A program made the translations under genes and the position numbers. The notes beneath the pieces were generated by a model. The model did not search any database. It saw only the letters and a list, made by a program, of their open reading frames with translations, and had not been told where the DNA came from. A stretch of 64,000 nucleotides of DNA from Auanema rhodensis (lineage: Eukaryota; Animalia; Nematoda): positions 3,038,001 to 3,102,000 of the forward strand of contig OZ059896.1 of assembly GCA_964057225.1 (NCBI GenBank). The letters run 5' to 3'. Shown in pieces: positions 34,901 to 49,900 of the stretch (position 1 is the stretch's first letter; each line of letters starts with the position of its first letter).

Positions 34901-37900
34901 ATGTAGTATAGTGCATTCGATGCGGATTTTTAAGCTGCGTCCATCTGTGTTATCAGATTTGCGCTAGCTTAAAAATGCACCGAGATATCAACTGATATAA
35001 GTTCACACTTATATCCTCGATTTTCACCCTGAAGAATTAATTTTTTCGTTGAATAACATTGTCCATCGTTTTTGCCTTGAAAAAAGGAATCTAAAAACAT
35101 CTACTTTTTGCTAAATTATTTTAAAATTTTTCGAAAAAATTTTTGTCAAAATGTTTTTGGAAGCAATTTTGAGTGTACATGGAAACTCAACATACACTAA
35201 TGCATCATTTTTCAAACGATCATAACTAATTTTTGTATTCAGCTTTTCTCAATGTTATATAGTGCACTCGATGCGGATTTTTAAGCTGCGTCGATCTGTG
35301 TTATGAGATTTGCGCTAGCTTAAAAATGCACCGAGATATCAACTGATATAAGTTCACACTTATATCCTCGATTTTCACCCTGAAGAATTAATTTTTTCGT
35401 TGAATAACATTGTCCATCGTTTTTGCCTTGAAAAAAGGAATCTAAGAACATCTACTTTTTGCTAAATTATTCTCAAATTTTTCGAAAAAATTTTTGTCAA
35501 AATGTTTTTGGAAGCAATTTTGAGTGTACATGGAAACTCAACATACACTAGTGCATCATTTTTCAAACGATCATAACTAATTTTTGTATTTAGCTTTTCT
35601 CAATGTAGTATAGTGCATTCGATGCGGATTTTTAAGCTGCGTCGATCTGTGTTATCAGATTTGCGCTAGCTTAAAAATGCACCGAGATATCAACTGATAT
35701 AAGTTTACACTTATATCCTCGATTTTCACCCTGAAGAAATAATTTTTTCGTTGAATAACATTGTCCATCGTTTTTGCCTTGAAAAAAGGAATCTAAAAAC
35801 ATCTACTTTTTGCTAAATTATTTTAAAATTTTTCGAAAAAATTTTTGTCAAAATGTTTTTGGAAGCAATTTTGAGTGTACATGGAAACTCAACATACACT
35901 AATGCATCATTTTTCAAACGATCATAACTAATTTTTGTATTTAGCGTTTCTCAATGTAGTATAGTGCATTCGATGCGGATTTTTAAGCTGCGTCGATCTG
36001 TACTATCAGATTTGCGCTAGCTTGAAAATGCACCGAGATATCAACTGATATAAGTTCACACCTATATCCTCGATTTTCACCCTGAAGAATTAATTTTTTC
36101 GTTAAATAACATTGTCTATCGTTTTTGCCTTGAAAAAAGGAATCTAAAAACATCTACTTTTTGCTAAATTATTTTGAAATTTTTCGAAAAAATTTTTGTC
36201 AAAATGTTTTTGGAAGCAATTTTGAGTGTACATGGAAACTCAACATACACTAATGCATCATTTTTCAAACGATCATAACTAATTTTTGTATTTAGCTTTT
36301 CTCAATGTTATATAGTGCATTCGATGCGGATTTTTAAGCTGCGTCGATCTGTGTTATCAGATTTGCGCTAGCTTAAAAATGCACCGAGATATCAACTGAT
36401 ATAAGTTCACACTTATATCCTCGATTTTCACCCTGAAGAATTAATTTTTTCGTTGAATAACATTGTCCATCGTTTTTGCCTTGAAAAAAGGAATCTAAAA
36501 ACATCTACTTTTTGCTAAATTATTCTCAAATTTTTCGAAAAAATTTTTGTCAAAATGTTTTTGGAAGCAATTTTGAGTGTACATGGAAACTCAACATACA
36601 CTAATGCATCATTTTTCAAACGATCATAACTAATTTTTGTATTTAGCTTTTCTCAATGTTATATAGTGCATTCGATGCGGATTTTTAAGCTGCGTCGATC
36701 TGTGTTATCAGATTTGCGCTAGCTTAAAAATGCACCGAGATATCAACTGATATAAGTTCACACTTATATCCTCGATTTTCACCCTGAAGAATTAATTTTT
36801 TCGTTGAATAACATTGTCCATCGTTTTTGCCTTGAAAAAAGAAATCTAAAAACATCTACTTTTTGCTAAATTATTCTCAAATTTTTCGAAAAAATTTTTG
36901 TCAAAATGTTTTTGGAAGCAATTTTGAGTGTACATGGAAACTCAACATACACTAATGCATCATTTTTCAAACGATCATAACTAATTTTTGTATTCAGCTT
37001 TTCTCAATGTTATATAGTGCACTCGATGCGGATTTTTAAGCTGCGTCGATCTGTGTTATGAGATTTGCGCTAGCTTAAAAATGCACCGAGATATCAACTG
37101 ATATAAGTTCACACTTATATCCTCGATTTTCACCCTGAAGAATTAATTTTTTCGTTGAATAACATTGTCCATCGTTTTTGCCTTGAAAAAAGGAATCTAA
37201 GAACATCTACTTTTTGCTAAATTATTCTCAAATTTTTCGAAAAAATTTTTGTCAAAATGTTTTTGGAAGCAATTTTGAGTGTACATGGAAACTCAACATA
37301 CACTAGTGCATCATTTTTCAAACGATCATAACTAATTTTTGTATTTAGCTTTTCTCAATGTAGTATAGTGCATTCGATGCGGATTTTTAAGCTGCGTCGA
37401 TCTGTGTTATCAGATTTGCGCTAGCTTAAAAATGCACCGAGATATCAACTGATATAAGTTTACACTTATATCCTCGATTTTCACCCTGAAGAAATAATTT
37501 TTTCGTTGAATAACATTGTCCATCGTTTTTGCCTTGAAAAAAGGAATCTAAAAACATCTACTTTTTGCTAAATTATTTTAAAATTTTTCGAAAAAATTTT
37601 TGTCAAAATGTTTTTGGAAGCAATTTTGAGTGTACATGGAAACTCAACATACACTAATGCATCATTTTTCAAACGATCATAACTAATTTTTGTATTTAGC
37701 GTTTCTCAATGTAGTATAGTGCATTCGATGCGGATTTTTAAGCTGCGTCGATCTGTACTATCAGATTTGCGCTAGCTTGAAAATGCACCGAGATATCAAC
37801 TGATATAAGTTCACACCTATATCCTCGATTTTCACCCTGAAGAATTAATTTTTTCGTTAAATAACATTGTCTATCGTTTTTGCCTTGAAAAAAGGAATCT

Positions 37901-40900
37901 AAAAACATCTACTTTTTGCTAAATTATTTTGAAATTTTTCGAAAAAATTTTTGTCAAAATGTTTTTGGAAGCAATTTTGAGTGTACATGGAAACTCAACA
38001 TACACTAATGCATCATTTTTCAAACGATCATAACTAATTTTTGTATTTAGCTTTTCTCAATGTTATATAGTGCATTCGATGCGGATTTTTAAGCTGCGTC
38101 GATCTGTGTTATCAGATTTGCGCTAGCTTAAAAATGCACCGAGATATCAACTGATATAAGTTCACACTTATATCCTCGATTTTCACCCTGAAGAATTAAT
38201 TTTTTCGTTGAATAACATTGTCCATCGTTTTTGCCTTGAAAAAAGGAATCTAAAAACATCTACTTTTTGCTAAATTATTCTCAAATTTTTCGAAAAAATT
38301 TTTGTCAAAATGTTTTTGGAAGCAATTTTGAGTGTACATGGAAACTCAACATACACTAATGCATCATTTTTCAAACGATCATAACTAATTTTTGTATTTA
38401 GCTTTTCTCAATGTTATATAGTGCATTCGATGCGGATTTTTAAGCTGCGTCGATCTGTGTTATCAGATTTGCGCTAGCTTAAAAATGCACCGAGATATCA
38501 ACTGATATAAGTTCACACTTATATCCTCGATTTTCACCCTGAAGAATTAATTTTTTCGTTGAATAACATTGTCCATCGTTTTTGCCTTGAAAAAAGAAAT
38601 CTAAAAACATCTACTTTTTGCTAAATTATTCTCAAATTTTTCGAAAAAATTTTTGTCAAAATGTTTTTGGAAGCAATTTTGAGTGTACATGGAAACTCAA
38701 CATACACTAATGCATCATTTTTCAAACGATCATAACTAATTTTTGTATTTAGCTTTTCTCAATGTAGTATAGTGCATTCGATGCGGATTTTTAAGCTGCG
38801 TCCATCTGTGTTATCAGATTTGCGCTAGCTTAAAAATGCACCGAGATATCAACTGATATAAGTTCACACTTATATCCTCGATTTTCACCCTGAAGAATTA
38901 ATTTTTTCGTTGAATAACATTGTCCATCGTTTTTGCCTTGAAAAAAGGAATCTAAAAACATCTACTTTTTGCTAAATTATTTTGAAATTTTTCGAAAAAA
39001 TTTTTGTCAAAATGTTTTTGGAAGCAATTTTGAGTGTACATGGAAACTCAACATACACTAATGCATCATTTTTCAAACGATCATAACTAATATTTGTATT
39101 TAGCTTTTCTCAATGTAATATAGTGCATTCGATGCGGATTTTTAAGCTGCGTCGATCTGTGTTATCAGATTTGCGCTAGCTTAAAAATGCACCGAGATAT
39201 CAACTGATATAAGTTCACACTTATATCCTCGATTTTCACCCTGAAGAATTAATTTTTTCGTTGAATAACATTGTCCATCGTTTTTGCCTTGAAAAAAGGA
39301 ATCTAAAAACATCTACTTTTTGCTAAATTATTCTCAAATTTTTCGAAAAAATTTTTGTCAAAATGTTTTTGGAAGCAATTTTGAGTGTACATGGAAACTC
39401 AACATACACTAATGCATCATTTTTCAAACGATCATAACTAATTTTTGTATTTAGCTTTTCTCAATGTAGTATAGTGCATTCGATGCGGATTTTTAAGCTG
39501 CGTCGATCTGTGTTATCAGATTTGCGCTAGCTTAAAAATGCACCGAGATATCAACTGATATAAGTTCACACTTATATCCTCGATTTTCACCCTGAAGAAT
39601 TAATTTTTTCGTTGAATAACATTGTCCATCGTTTTTGCCTTGAAAAAAGGAATCTAAAAACATCTACTTTTTGCTAAATTATTCTCAAATTTTTCGAAAA
39701 AATTTTTGTCAAAATGTTTTTGGAAGCAATTTTGAGTGTACATGGAAACTCAACATACACTAATGCATCATTTTTCAAACGATCATAACTAATTTTTGTA
39801 TTTAGCTTTTCTCAATGTTATATAGTGCATTCGATGCGGATTTTTAAGCTGCGTCGATCTGTGTTATCAGATTTGCGCTAGCTTAAAAATGCACCGAGAT
39901 ATCAACTGATATAAGTTCACACTTATATCCTCGATTTTCACCCTGAAGAATTAATTTTTTCGTTGAATAACATTGTCCATCGTTTTTGCCTTGAAAAAAG
40001 AAATCTAAAAACATCTACTTTTTGCTAAATTATTCTCAAATTTTTCGAAAAAATTTTTGTCAAAATGTTTTTGGAAGCAATTTTGAGTGTACATGGAAAC
40101 TCAACATACACTAATGCATCATTTTTCAAACGATCATAACTAATTTTTGTATTTAGCTTTTCTCAATGTAGTATAGTGCATTCGATGCGGATTTTTAAGC
40201 TGCGTCCATCTGTGTTATCAGATTTGCGCTAGCTTAAAAATGCACCGAGATATCAACTGATATAAGTTCACACTTATATCCTCGATTTTCACCCTGAAGA
40301 ATTAATTTTTTCGTTGAATAACATTGTCCATCGTTTTTGCCTTGAAAAAAGGAATCTAAAAACATCTACTTTTTGCTAAATTATTTTGAAATTTTTCGAA
40401 AAAATTTTTGTCAAAATGTTTTTGGAAGCAATTTTGAGTGTACATGGAAACTCAACATACACTAATGCATCATTTTTCAAACGATCATAACTAATATTTG
40501 TATTTAGCTTTTCTCAATGTAATATAGTGCATTCGATGCGGATTTTTAAGCTGCGTCGATCTGTGTTATCAGATTTGCGCTAGCTTAAAAATGCACCGAG
40601 ATATCAACTGATATAAGTTCACACTTATATCCTCGATTTTCACCCTGAAGAATTAATTTTTTCGTTGAATAACATTGTCCATCGTTTTTGCCTTGAAAAA
40701 AGGAATCTAAAAACATCTACTTTTTGCTAAATTATTCTCAAATTTTTCGAAAAAATTTTTGTCAAAATGTTTTTGGAAGCAATTTTGAGTGTACATGGAA
40801 ACTCAACATACACTAATGCATCATTTTTCAAACGATCATAACTAATTTTTGTATTTAGCTTTTCTCAATGTAGTATAGTGCATTCGATGCGGATTTTTAA

Positions 40901-43900
40901 GCTGCGTCCATCTGTGTTATCAGATTTGCGCTAGCTTAAAAATGCACCGAGATATCAACTGATATAAGTTCACACTTATATCCTCGATTTTCACCCTGAA
41001 GAATTAATTTTTTCGTTGAATAACATTGTCCATCGTTTTTGCCTTGAAAAAAGGAATCTAAAAACATCTACTTTTTGCTAAATTATTTTGAAATTTTTCG
41101 AAAAAATTTTTGTCAAAATGTTTTTGGAAGCAATTTTGAGTGTACATGGAAACTCAACATACACTAATGCATCATTTTTCAAACGATCATAACTAATATT
41201 TGTATTTAGCTTTTCTCAATGTAATATAGTGCATTCGATGCGGATTTTTAAGCTGCGTCGATCTGTGTTATCAGATTTGCGCTAGCTTAAAAATGCACCG
41301 AGATATCAACTGATATAAGTTCACACTTATATCCTCGATTTTCACCCTGAAGAATTAATTTTTTCGTTGAATAACATTGTCCATCGTTTTTGCCTTGAAA
41401 AAAGGAATCTAAGAACATCTACTTTTTGCTAAATTATTTTGAAATTTTTCGAAAAAATTTTTGTCAAAATGTTTTTGGAAGCAATTTTGAGTGTACATGG
41501 AAACTCAACATACACTAATGCATCATTTTTCAAACGATCATAACTAATATTTGTATTTAGCTTTTCTCAATGTAATATAGTGCATTCGATGCGGATTTTT
41601 AAGCTGCGTCGATCTGTGTTATCAGATTTGCGCTAGCTTAAAAATGCACCGAGATATCAACTGATATAAGTTCACACTTATATCCTCGATTTTCACCCTG
41701 AAGAATTAATTTTTTCGTTGAATAACATTGTCCATCGTTTTTGCCTTTAAAAAAGGAATCTAAGAACATCTACTTTTTGCTAAATTATTTTGAAATTTTT
41801 CGAAAAAATTTTTGTCAAAATGTTTTTGGAAGCAATTTTGAGTGTACATGGAAACTCAACATACACTAATGCATCATTTTTCAAACGATCATAACTAATT
41901 TTTGTATTAAGCGTTTCTCAATGTAGTATAGTGCATTCGATGCGGATTTTTAAGCTGCGTCGATCTGTACTATCAGATTTGCGCTAGCTTGAAAATGCAC
42001 CGAGATATCAACTGATATAAGTTCACACCTATATCCTCGATTTTCACCCTGAAGAATTAATTTTTTCGTTAAATAACATTGTCTATCGTTTTTGCCTTGA
42101 AAAAAGGAATCTAAAAACATCTACTCTTTGCTAAATTATTTTGAAATTTTTCGAAAAAATTTTTGTCAAAATGTTTTTGGAAGCAATTTTGAGTGTACAT
42201 GGAAACTCAACATACACTAATGCATCATTTTTCAAACGATCATAACTAATTTTTGTATTAAGCGTTTCTCAATGTAGTATAGTGCATTCGATGCGGATTT
42301 TTAAGCTGCGTCGATCTGTACTATCAGATTTGCGCTAGCTTAAAAATGCACCGAGATATCAACTGATATAAGTTCACACTTATATCCTCGATTTTCACCC
42401 TGAAGAATTAATTTTTTCGTTGAATAACATTGTCCATCGTTTTTGCCTTGAAAAAAGGAATCTAAGAACATCTACTTTTTGCTAAATTATTTTGAAATTT
42501 TTCGAAAAAATTTTTGTCAAAATGTTTTTGGAAGCAATTTTGAGTGTACATGGAAACTCAACATACACTAATGCATCATTTTTCAAACGATCATAACTAA
42601 TTTTTGTATTTAGCTTTTCTCAATGTAGTATAGTGCATTCGATGCGGATTTTTAAGCTGCGTCGATCTGTGTTATCAGATTTGCGCTAGCTTAAAAATGC
42701 ACCGAGATATCAACTGATATAAGTTCACACTTATATCCTCGATTTTCACCCTGAAGAATTAATTTTTTCGTTGAATAACATTGTCCATCGTTTTTGCCTT
42801 GAAAAAAGGAATCTAAAAACATCTACTTTTTGCTAAATTATTTTGAAATTTTTCGAAAAAGTTTTTGTCAAAATGTTTTTGGAAGCAATTTTGAGTGTAC
42901 ATGGAAACTCAACATACACTAATGCATCATTTTTCAAACGATCATAACTAATTTTTGTATTCAGCTTTTTTCAATGTAGTATAGTGCATTCGATGCGGAT
43001 TTTTATGCTGCGTCGATCTGTGTTATCAGATTTGCGCTAGCTTAAAAATGCACCGAGATATCAACTGATATAAGTTTACACTTATATCCTCGATTTTCAC
43101 CCTGAAGAAATAATTTTTTCGTTGAATAACATTGTCCATCGTTTTTGCCTTGAAAAAAGGAATCTAAAAACATCTACTTTTTGCTAAATTATTTTGAAAT
43201 TTTTCGAAAAAATTTTTGTCAAAATGTTTTTGGAAGCAATTTTGAGTGTACATGGAAACTCAACATACACTAATGCATCATTTTTCAAACGATCATAACT
43301 AATTTTTGTATTCAGCTTTTCTCAATGTAATATAGTGCATTCGATGCGGATTTTTAAGCTGCGTCGATCTGTACTATCAGATTTGCGCTAGCTTGAAAAT
43401 GCACCGAGATATCAACTGATATAAGTTCACACCTATATCCTCGATTTTCACCCTGAAGAATTAATTTTTTCGTTAAATAACATTGTCTATCGTTTTTGCC
43501 TTGAAAAAAGGAATCTAAAAACATCTACTTTTTGCTAAATTATTTTGAAATTTTTCGAAAAAATTTTTGTCAAAATGTTTTTGGAAGCAATTTTGAGTGT
43601 ACATGGAAACTCAACATACACTAATGCATCATTTTTCAAACGATCATAACTAATTTTTGTATTAAGCGTTTCTCAATGTAGTATAGTGCATTCGATGCGG
43701 ATTTTTAAGCTGCGTCGATCTGTACTATCAGATTTGCGCTAGCTTAAAAATGCACCGAGATATCAACTGATATAAGTTCACACTTATATCCTCGATTTTC
43801 ACCCTGAAGAATTAATTTTTTCGTTGAATAACATTGTCCATCGTTTTTGCCTTGAAAAAAGGAATCTAAGAACATCTACTTTTTGCTAAATTATTTTGAA

Positions 43901-46900
43901 ATTTTTCGAAAAAATTTTTGTCAAAATGTTTTTGGAAGCAATTTTGAGTGTACATGGAAACTCAACATACACTAATGCATCATTTTTCAAACGATCATAA
44001 CTAATTTTTGTATTTAGCTTTTCTCAATGTAGTATAGTGCATTCGATGCGGATTTTTAAGCTGCGTCGATCTGTGTTATCAGATTTGCGCTAGCTTAAAA
44101 ATGCACCGAGATATCAACTGATATAAGTTCACACTTATATCCTCGATTTTCACCCTGAAGAATTAATTTTTTCGTTGAATAACATTGTCCATCGTTTTTG
44201 CCTTGAAAAAAGGAATCTAAAAACATCTACTTTTTGCTAAATTATTTTGAAATTTTTCGAAAAAGTTTTTGTCAAAATGTTTTTGGAAGCAATTTTGAGT
44301 GTACATGGAAACTCAACATACACTAATGCATCATTTTTCAAACGATCATAACTAATTTTTGTATTCAGCTTTTTTCAATGTAGTATAGTGCATTCGATGC
44401 GGATTTTTATGCTGCGTCGATCTGTGTTATCAGATTTGCGCTAGCTTAAAAATGCACCGAGATATCAACTGATATAAGTTTACACTTATATCCTCGATTT
44501 TCACCCTGAAGAAATAATTTTTTCGTTGAATAACATTGTCCATCGTTTTTGCCTTGAAAAAAGGAATCTAAAAACATCTACTTTTTGCTAAATTATTTTG
44601 AAATTTTTCGAAAAAATTTTTGTCAAAATGTTTTTGGAAGCAATTTTGAGTGTACATGGAAACTCAACATACACTAATGCATCATTTTTCAAACGATCAT
44701 AACTAATTTTTGTATTTAGCTTTTCTCAATGTAATATAGTGCATTCGATGCGGATTTTTAAGCTGCGTCGATCTGTGTTATCAGATTTGCGCTAGCTTAA
44801 AAATGCACCGAGATATCAACTGATATAAGTTCACACCTATATCCTCGATTTTCACCCTGAAGAATTAATTTTTTCGTTGAATAACATTGTCTATCGTTTT
44901 TGCCTTGAAAAAAGGAATCTAAAAACATCTACTTTTTGCTAAATTATTCTCAAATTTTTCGAAAAAATTTTTGTCAAAATGTTTTTGGAAGCAATTTTGA
45001 GTGTACATGGAAACTCAACATACACTAATGCATCATTTTTCAAACGATCATAACTAATTTTTGTATTTAGCTTTTCTCAATGTAGTATAGTGCATTCGAT
45101 GCGGATTTTTAAGCTGCGTCGATCTGTGTTATCAGATTTGCGCTAGCTTAAAAATGCACCGAGATATCAACTGATATAAGTTCACACTTATATCCTCGAT
45201 TTTCACCCTGAAGAATTAATTTTTTCGTTGAATAACATTGTCCATCGTTTTTGCCTTGAAAAAAGGAATCTAAAAACATCTACTTTCTGCTAAATTATCT
45301 TGAAAGTTTTCGAAAAAATTTTTGTCAAAATGTTTTTGGAAGCAATTTTGAGTGTACATGGAAACTCAACATACACTAATGCATCATTTTTCAAACGATC
45401 ATAACTAATTTTTGTATTAAGCTTTTCTCAATAAAGTTTAGTGCATTCGATGCGGATTTTTAAGCTGCGTCGATCTGTGTTATCAGATTTGCGCTAGCTT
45501 AAAAATGCACCGAGATATCAACTGATATAAGTTCACACTTATATCCTCGATTTTCACCCTGAAGAATTAATTTTTTCGTTGAATAACATTGTCCATCGTT
45601 TTTGCCTTGAAAAAAGGAATCTAAAAACATCTACTTTTTGCTAAATTATTCTCAAATTTTTCGAAAAAATTTTTGTCAAAATGTTTTTGGAAGCAATTTT
45701 GAGTGTACATGGAAACTCAACATACACTAATGCATCATTTTTCAAACGATCATAACTAATTTTTGTATTTAGCTTTTCTCAATGTAGTATAGTGCATTCG
45801 ATGCGGATTTTTAAGCTGCGTCGATCTGTGTTATCAGATTTGCGCTAGCTTGAAAATGCACCGAGATATCAACTGATATAAGTTCACACCTATATCCTCG
45901 ATTTTCACCCTGAAGAATTAATTTTTTCGTTGAATAACATTGTCTATCGTTTTTGCCTTGAAAAAAGGAATCTAAAAACATCTACTTTTTGCTAAATTAT
46001 TCTCAAATTTTTCGAAAAAATTTTTGTCAAAATGTTTTTGGAAGCAATTTTGAGTGTACATGGAAACTCAACATACACTAATGCATCATTTTTCAAACGA
46101 TCATAACTAATTTTTGTATTAAGCGTTTCTCAATGTAGTATAGTGCATTCGATGCGGATTTTTAAGCTGCGTCGATCTGTACTATCAGATTTGCGCTAGC
46201 TTAAAAATGCACCGAGATATCAACTGATATAAGTTCACACTTATATCCTCGATTTTCACCCTGAAGAATTAATTTTTTCGTTGAATAACATTGTCCATCG
46301 TTTTTGCCTTGAAAAAAGGAATCTAAGAACATCTACTTTTTGCTAAATTATTTTGAAATTTTTCGAAAAAATTTTTGTCAAAATGTTTTTGGAAGCAATT
46401 TTGAGTGTACATGGAAACTCAACATACACTAATGCATCATTTTTCAAACGATCATAACTAATTTTTGTATTTAGCTTTTCTCAATGTAGTATAGTGCATT
46501 CGATGCGGATTTTTAAGCTGCGTCGATCTGTGTTATCAGATTTGCGCTAGCTTAAAAATGCACCGAGATATCAACTGATATAAGTTCACACTTATATCCT
46601 CGATTTTCACCCTGAAGAATTAATTTTTTCGTTGAATAACATTGTCCATCGTTTTTGCCTTGAAAAAAGCAATCTAAGAACATCTACTTTTTGCTAAATT
46701 ATTTTGAAATTTTTCGAAAAAATTTTTGTCAAAATGTTTTTGGAAGCAATTTTGAGTGTACATGGAAACTCAACATACACTAATGCATCATTTTTCAAAC
46801 GATCATAACTAATTTTTGTATTTAGCTTTTCTCAATGTAGTATAGTGCATTCGATGCGGATTTTTAAGCTGCGTCGATCTGTGTTATCAGATTTGCGCTA

Positions 46901-49900
46901 GCTTAAAAATGCACCGAGATATCAACTGATATAAGTTCACACTTATATCCTCGATTTTCACCCTGAAGAATTAATTTTTTCGTTGAATAACATTGTCCAT
47001 CGTTTTTGCCTTGAAAAAAGGAATCTAAAAACATTTACTTTTTGCTAAATTATTTTGAAATTTTTCGAAAAAGTTTTTGTCAAAATGTTTTTGGAAGCAA
47101 TTTTGAGTGTACATGGAAACTCAACATACACTAATGCATCATTTTTCAAACGATCATAACTAATTTTTGTATTCAGCTTTTTTCAATGTAGTATAGTGCA
47201 TTCGATGCGGATTTTTATGCTGCGTCGATCTGTGTTATCAGATTTGCGCTAGCTTAAAAATGCACCGAGATATCAACTGATATAAGTTTACACTTATATC
47301 CTCGATTTTCACCCTGAAGAAATAATTTTTTCGTTGAATAACATTGTCCATCGTTTTTGCCTTGAAAAAAGGAATCTAAAAACATCTACTTTTTGCTAAA
47401 TTATTTTGAAATTTTTCGAAAAAATTTTTGTCAAAATGTTTTTGGAAGCAATTTTGAGTGTACATGGAAACTCAACATACACTAATGCATCATTTTTCAA
47501 ACGATCATAACTAATTTTTGTATTTAGCTTTTCTCAATGTAATATAGTGCATTCGATGCGGATTTTTAAGCTGCGTCGATCTGTGTTATCAGATTTGCGC
47601 TAGCTTAAAAATGCACCGAGATATCAACTGATATAAGTTCACACTTATATCCTCGATTTTCACCCTGAAGAATTAATTTTTTCGTTGAATAACATTGTCC
47701 ATCGTTTTTGCCTTGAAGAAAGGAATCTAAAAACATCTACTTTTTCCTAATTATTTTGAAATTTTTCGAAAAAATTTTTGTCAAAATGTTTTTGGAAGCA
47801 ATTTTGAGTGTACATGGAAACTCAACATACACTAATGCATCATTTTTCAAACGATCATAACTAATTTTTGTATTAAGCGTTTCTCAATGTAGTATAGTGC
47901 ATTCGATGCGGATTTTTAAGCTGCGTCGATCTGTACTATCAGATTTGCGCTAGCTTGAAAATGCACCGAGATATCAACTGATATAAGTTCACACCTATAT
48001 CCTCGATTTTCACCCTGAAGAATTAATTTTTTCGTTGAATAACATTGTCTATCGTTTTTGCCTTGAAAAAAGGAATCTAAAAACATCTACTTTTTGCTAA
48101 ATTATTCTCAAATTTTTCGAAAAAATTTTTGTCAAAATGTTTTTGGAAGCAATTTTGAGTGTACATGGAAACTCAACATACACTAATGCATCATTTTTCA
48201 AACGATCATAACTAATTTTTGTATTTAGCTTTTCTCAATGTAGTATAGTGCATTCGATGCGGATTTTTAAGCTGCGTCGATCTGTGTTATCAGATTTGCG
48301 CTAGCTTAAAAATGCACCGAGATATCAACTGATATAAGTTCACACTTATATCCTCGATTTTCACCCTGAAGAATTAATTTTTTCGTTGAATAACATTGTC
48401 CATCGTTTTTGCCTTGAAAAAAGGAATCTAAAAACATCTACTTTCTGCTAAATTATCTTGAAAGTTTTCGAAAAAATTTTTGTCAAAATGTTTTTGGAAG
48501 CAATTTTGAGTGTACATGGAAACTCAACATACACTAATGCATCATTTTTCAAACGATCATAACTAATTTTTGTATTTAGCTTTTCTCAATGTTATATAGT
48601 GCATTCGATGCGGATTTTTAAGCTGCGTCGATCTGTGTTATCAGATTTGCGCTAGCTTAAAAATGCACCGAGATATCAACTGATATAAGTTCACACTTAT
48701 ATCCTCGATTTTCACCCTGAAGAATTAATTTTTTCGTTGAATAACATTGTCCATCGTTTCTGCCTTGAAAAAAGGAATCTAAAAACATCTACTTTTTGCT
48801 AAATTATTCTCAAATTGTTCGAAAAAATTTTTGTCAAAATGTTTTTGGAAGCAATTTTGAGTGTACATGGAAACTCAACATACACTAATGCATCATTTTT
48901 CAAACGATCATAACTAATTTTTGTATTAAGCTTTTCTCAATGAAGTTTAGTGCATTCGATGCGGATTTTTAAGCTGCGTCGATCTGTACTATCAGATTTG
49001 CGCTAGCTTGAAAATGCACCGAGATATCAACTGATATAAGTTCACACCTATATCCTCGATTTTCACCCTGAAGAATTAATTTTTTCGTTGAATAACATTG
49101 TCTATCGTTTTTGCCTTGAAAAAAGGAATCTAAAAACATCTACTTTTTGCTAAATTATTCTCAAATTTTTCGAAAAAATTTTTGTCAAAATGTTTTTGGA
49201 AGCAATTTTGAGTGTACATGGAAACTCAACATACACTAATGCATCATTTTTCAAACGATCATAACTAATTTTTGTATTTAGCTTTTCTCAATGTAGTATA
49301 GTGCATTCGATGCGGATTTTTAAGCTGCGTCGATCTGTGTTATCAGATTTGCGCTAGCTTAAAAATGCACCGAGATATCAACTGATATAAGTTCACACTT
49401 ATATCCTCGATTTTCACCCTGAAGAATTAATTTTTTCGTTGAATAACATTGTCCATCGTTTTTGCCTTGAAAAAAGGAATCTAAAAACATCTACTTTCTG
49501 CTAAATTATCTTGAAAGTTTTCGAAAAAATTTTTGTCAAAATGTTTTTGGAAGCAATTTTGAGTGTACATGGAAACTCAACATACACTAATGCATCATTT
49601 TTCAAACGATCATAACTAATTTTTGTATTTAGCTTTTCTCAATGTTATATAGTGCATTCGATGCGGATTTTTAAGCTGCGTCGATCTGTGTTATCAGATT
49701 TGCGCTAGCTTAAAAATGCACCGAGATATCAACTGATATAAGTTCACACTTATATCCTCGATTTTCACCCTGAAGAATTAATTTTTTCGTTGAATAACAT
49801 TGTCCATCGTTTTTGCCTTGAAAAAAGGAATCTAAAAACATCTACTTTTTGCTAAATTATTCTCAAATTTTTCGAAAAAATTTTTGTCAAAATGTTTTTG

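Noticed and set aside
47717-47751. 1-bp deletion and nearby substitutions in one monomer
   Set aside because: A single homopolymer indel, either ordinary mutation or sequencing error. Used only to explain the phase shift.
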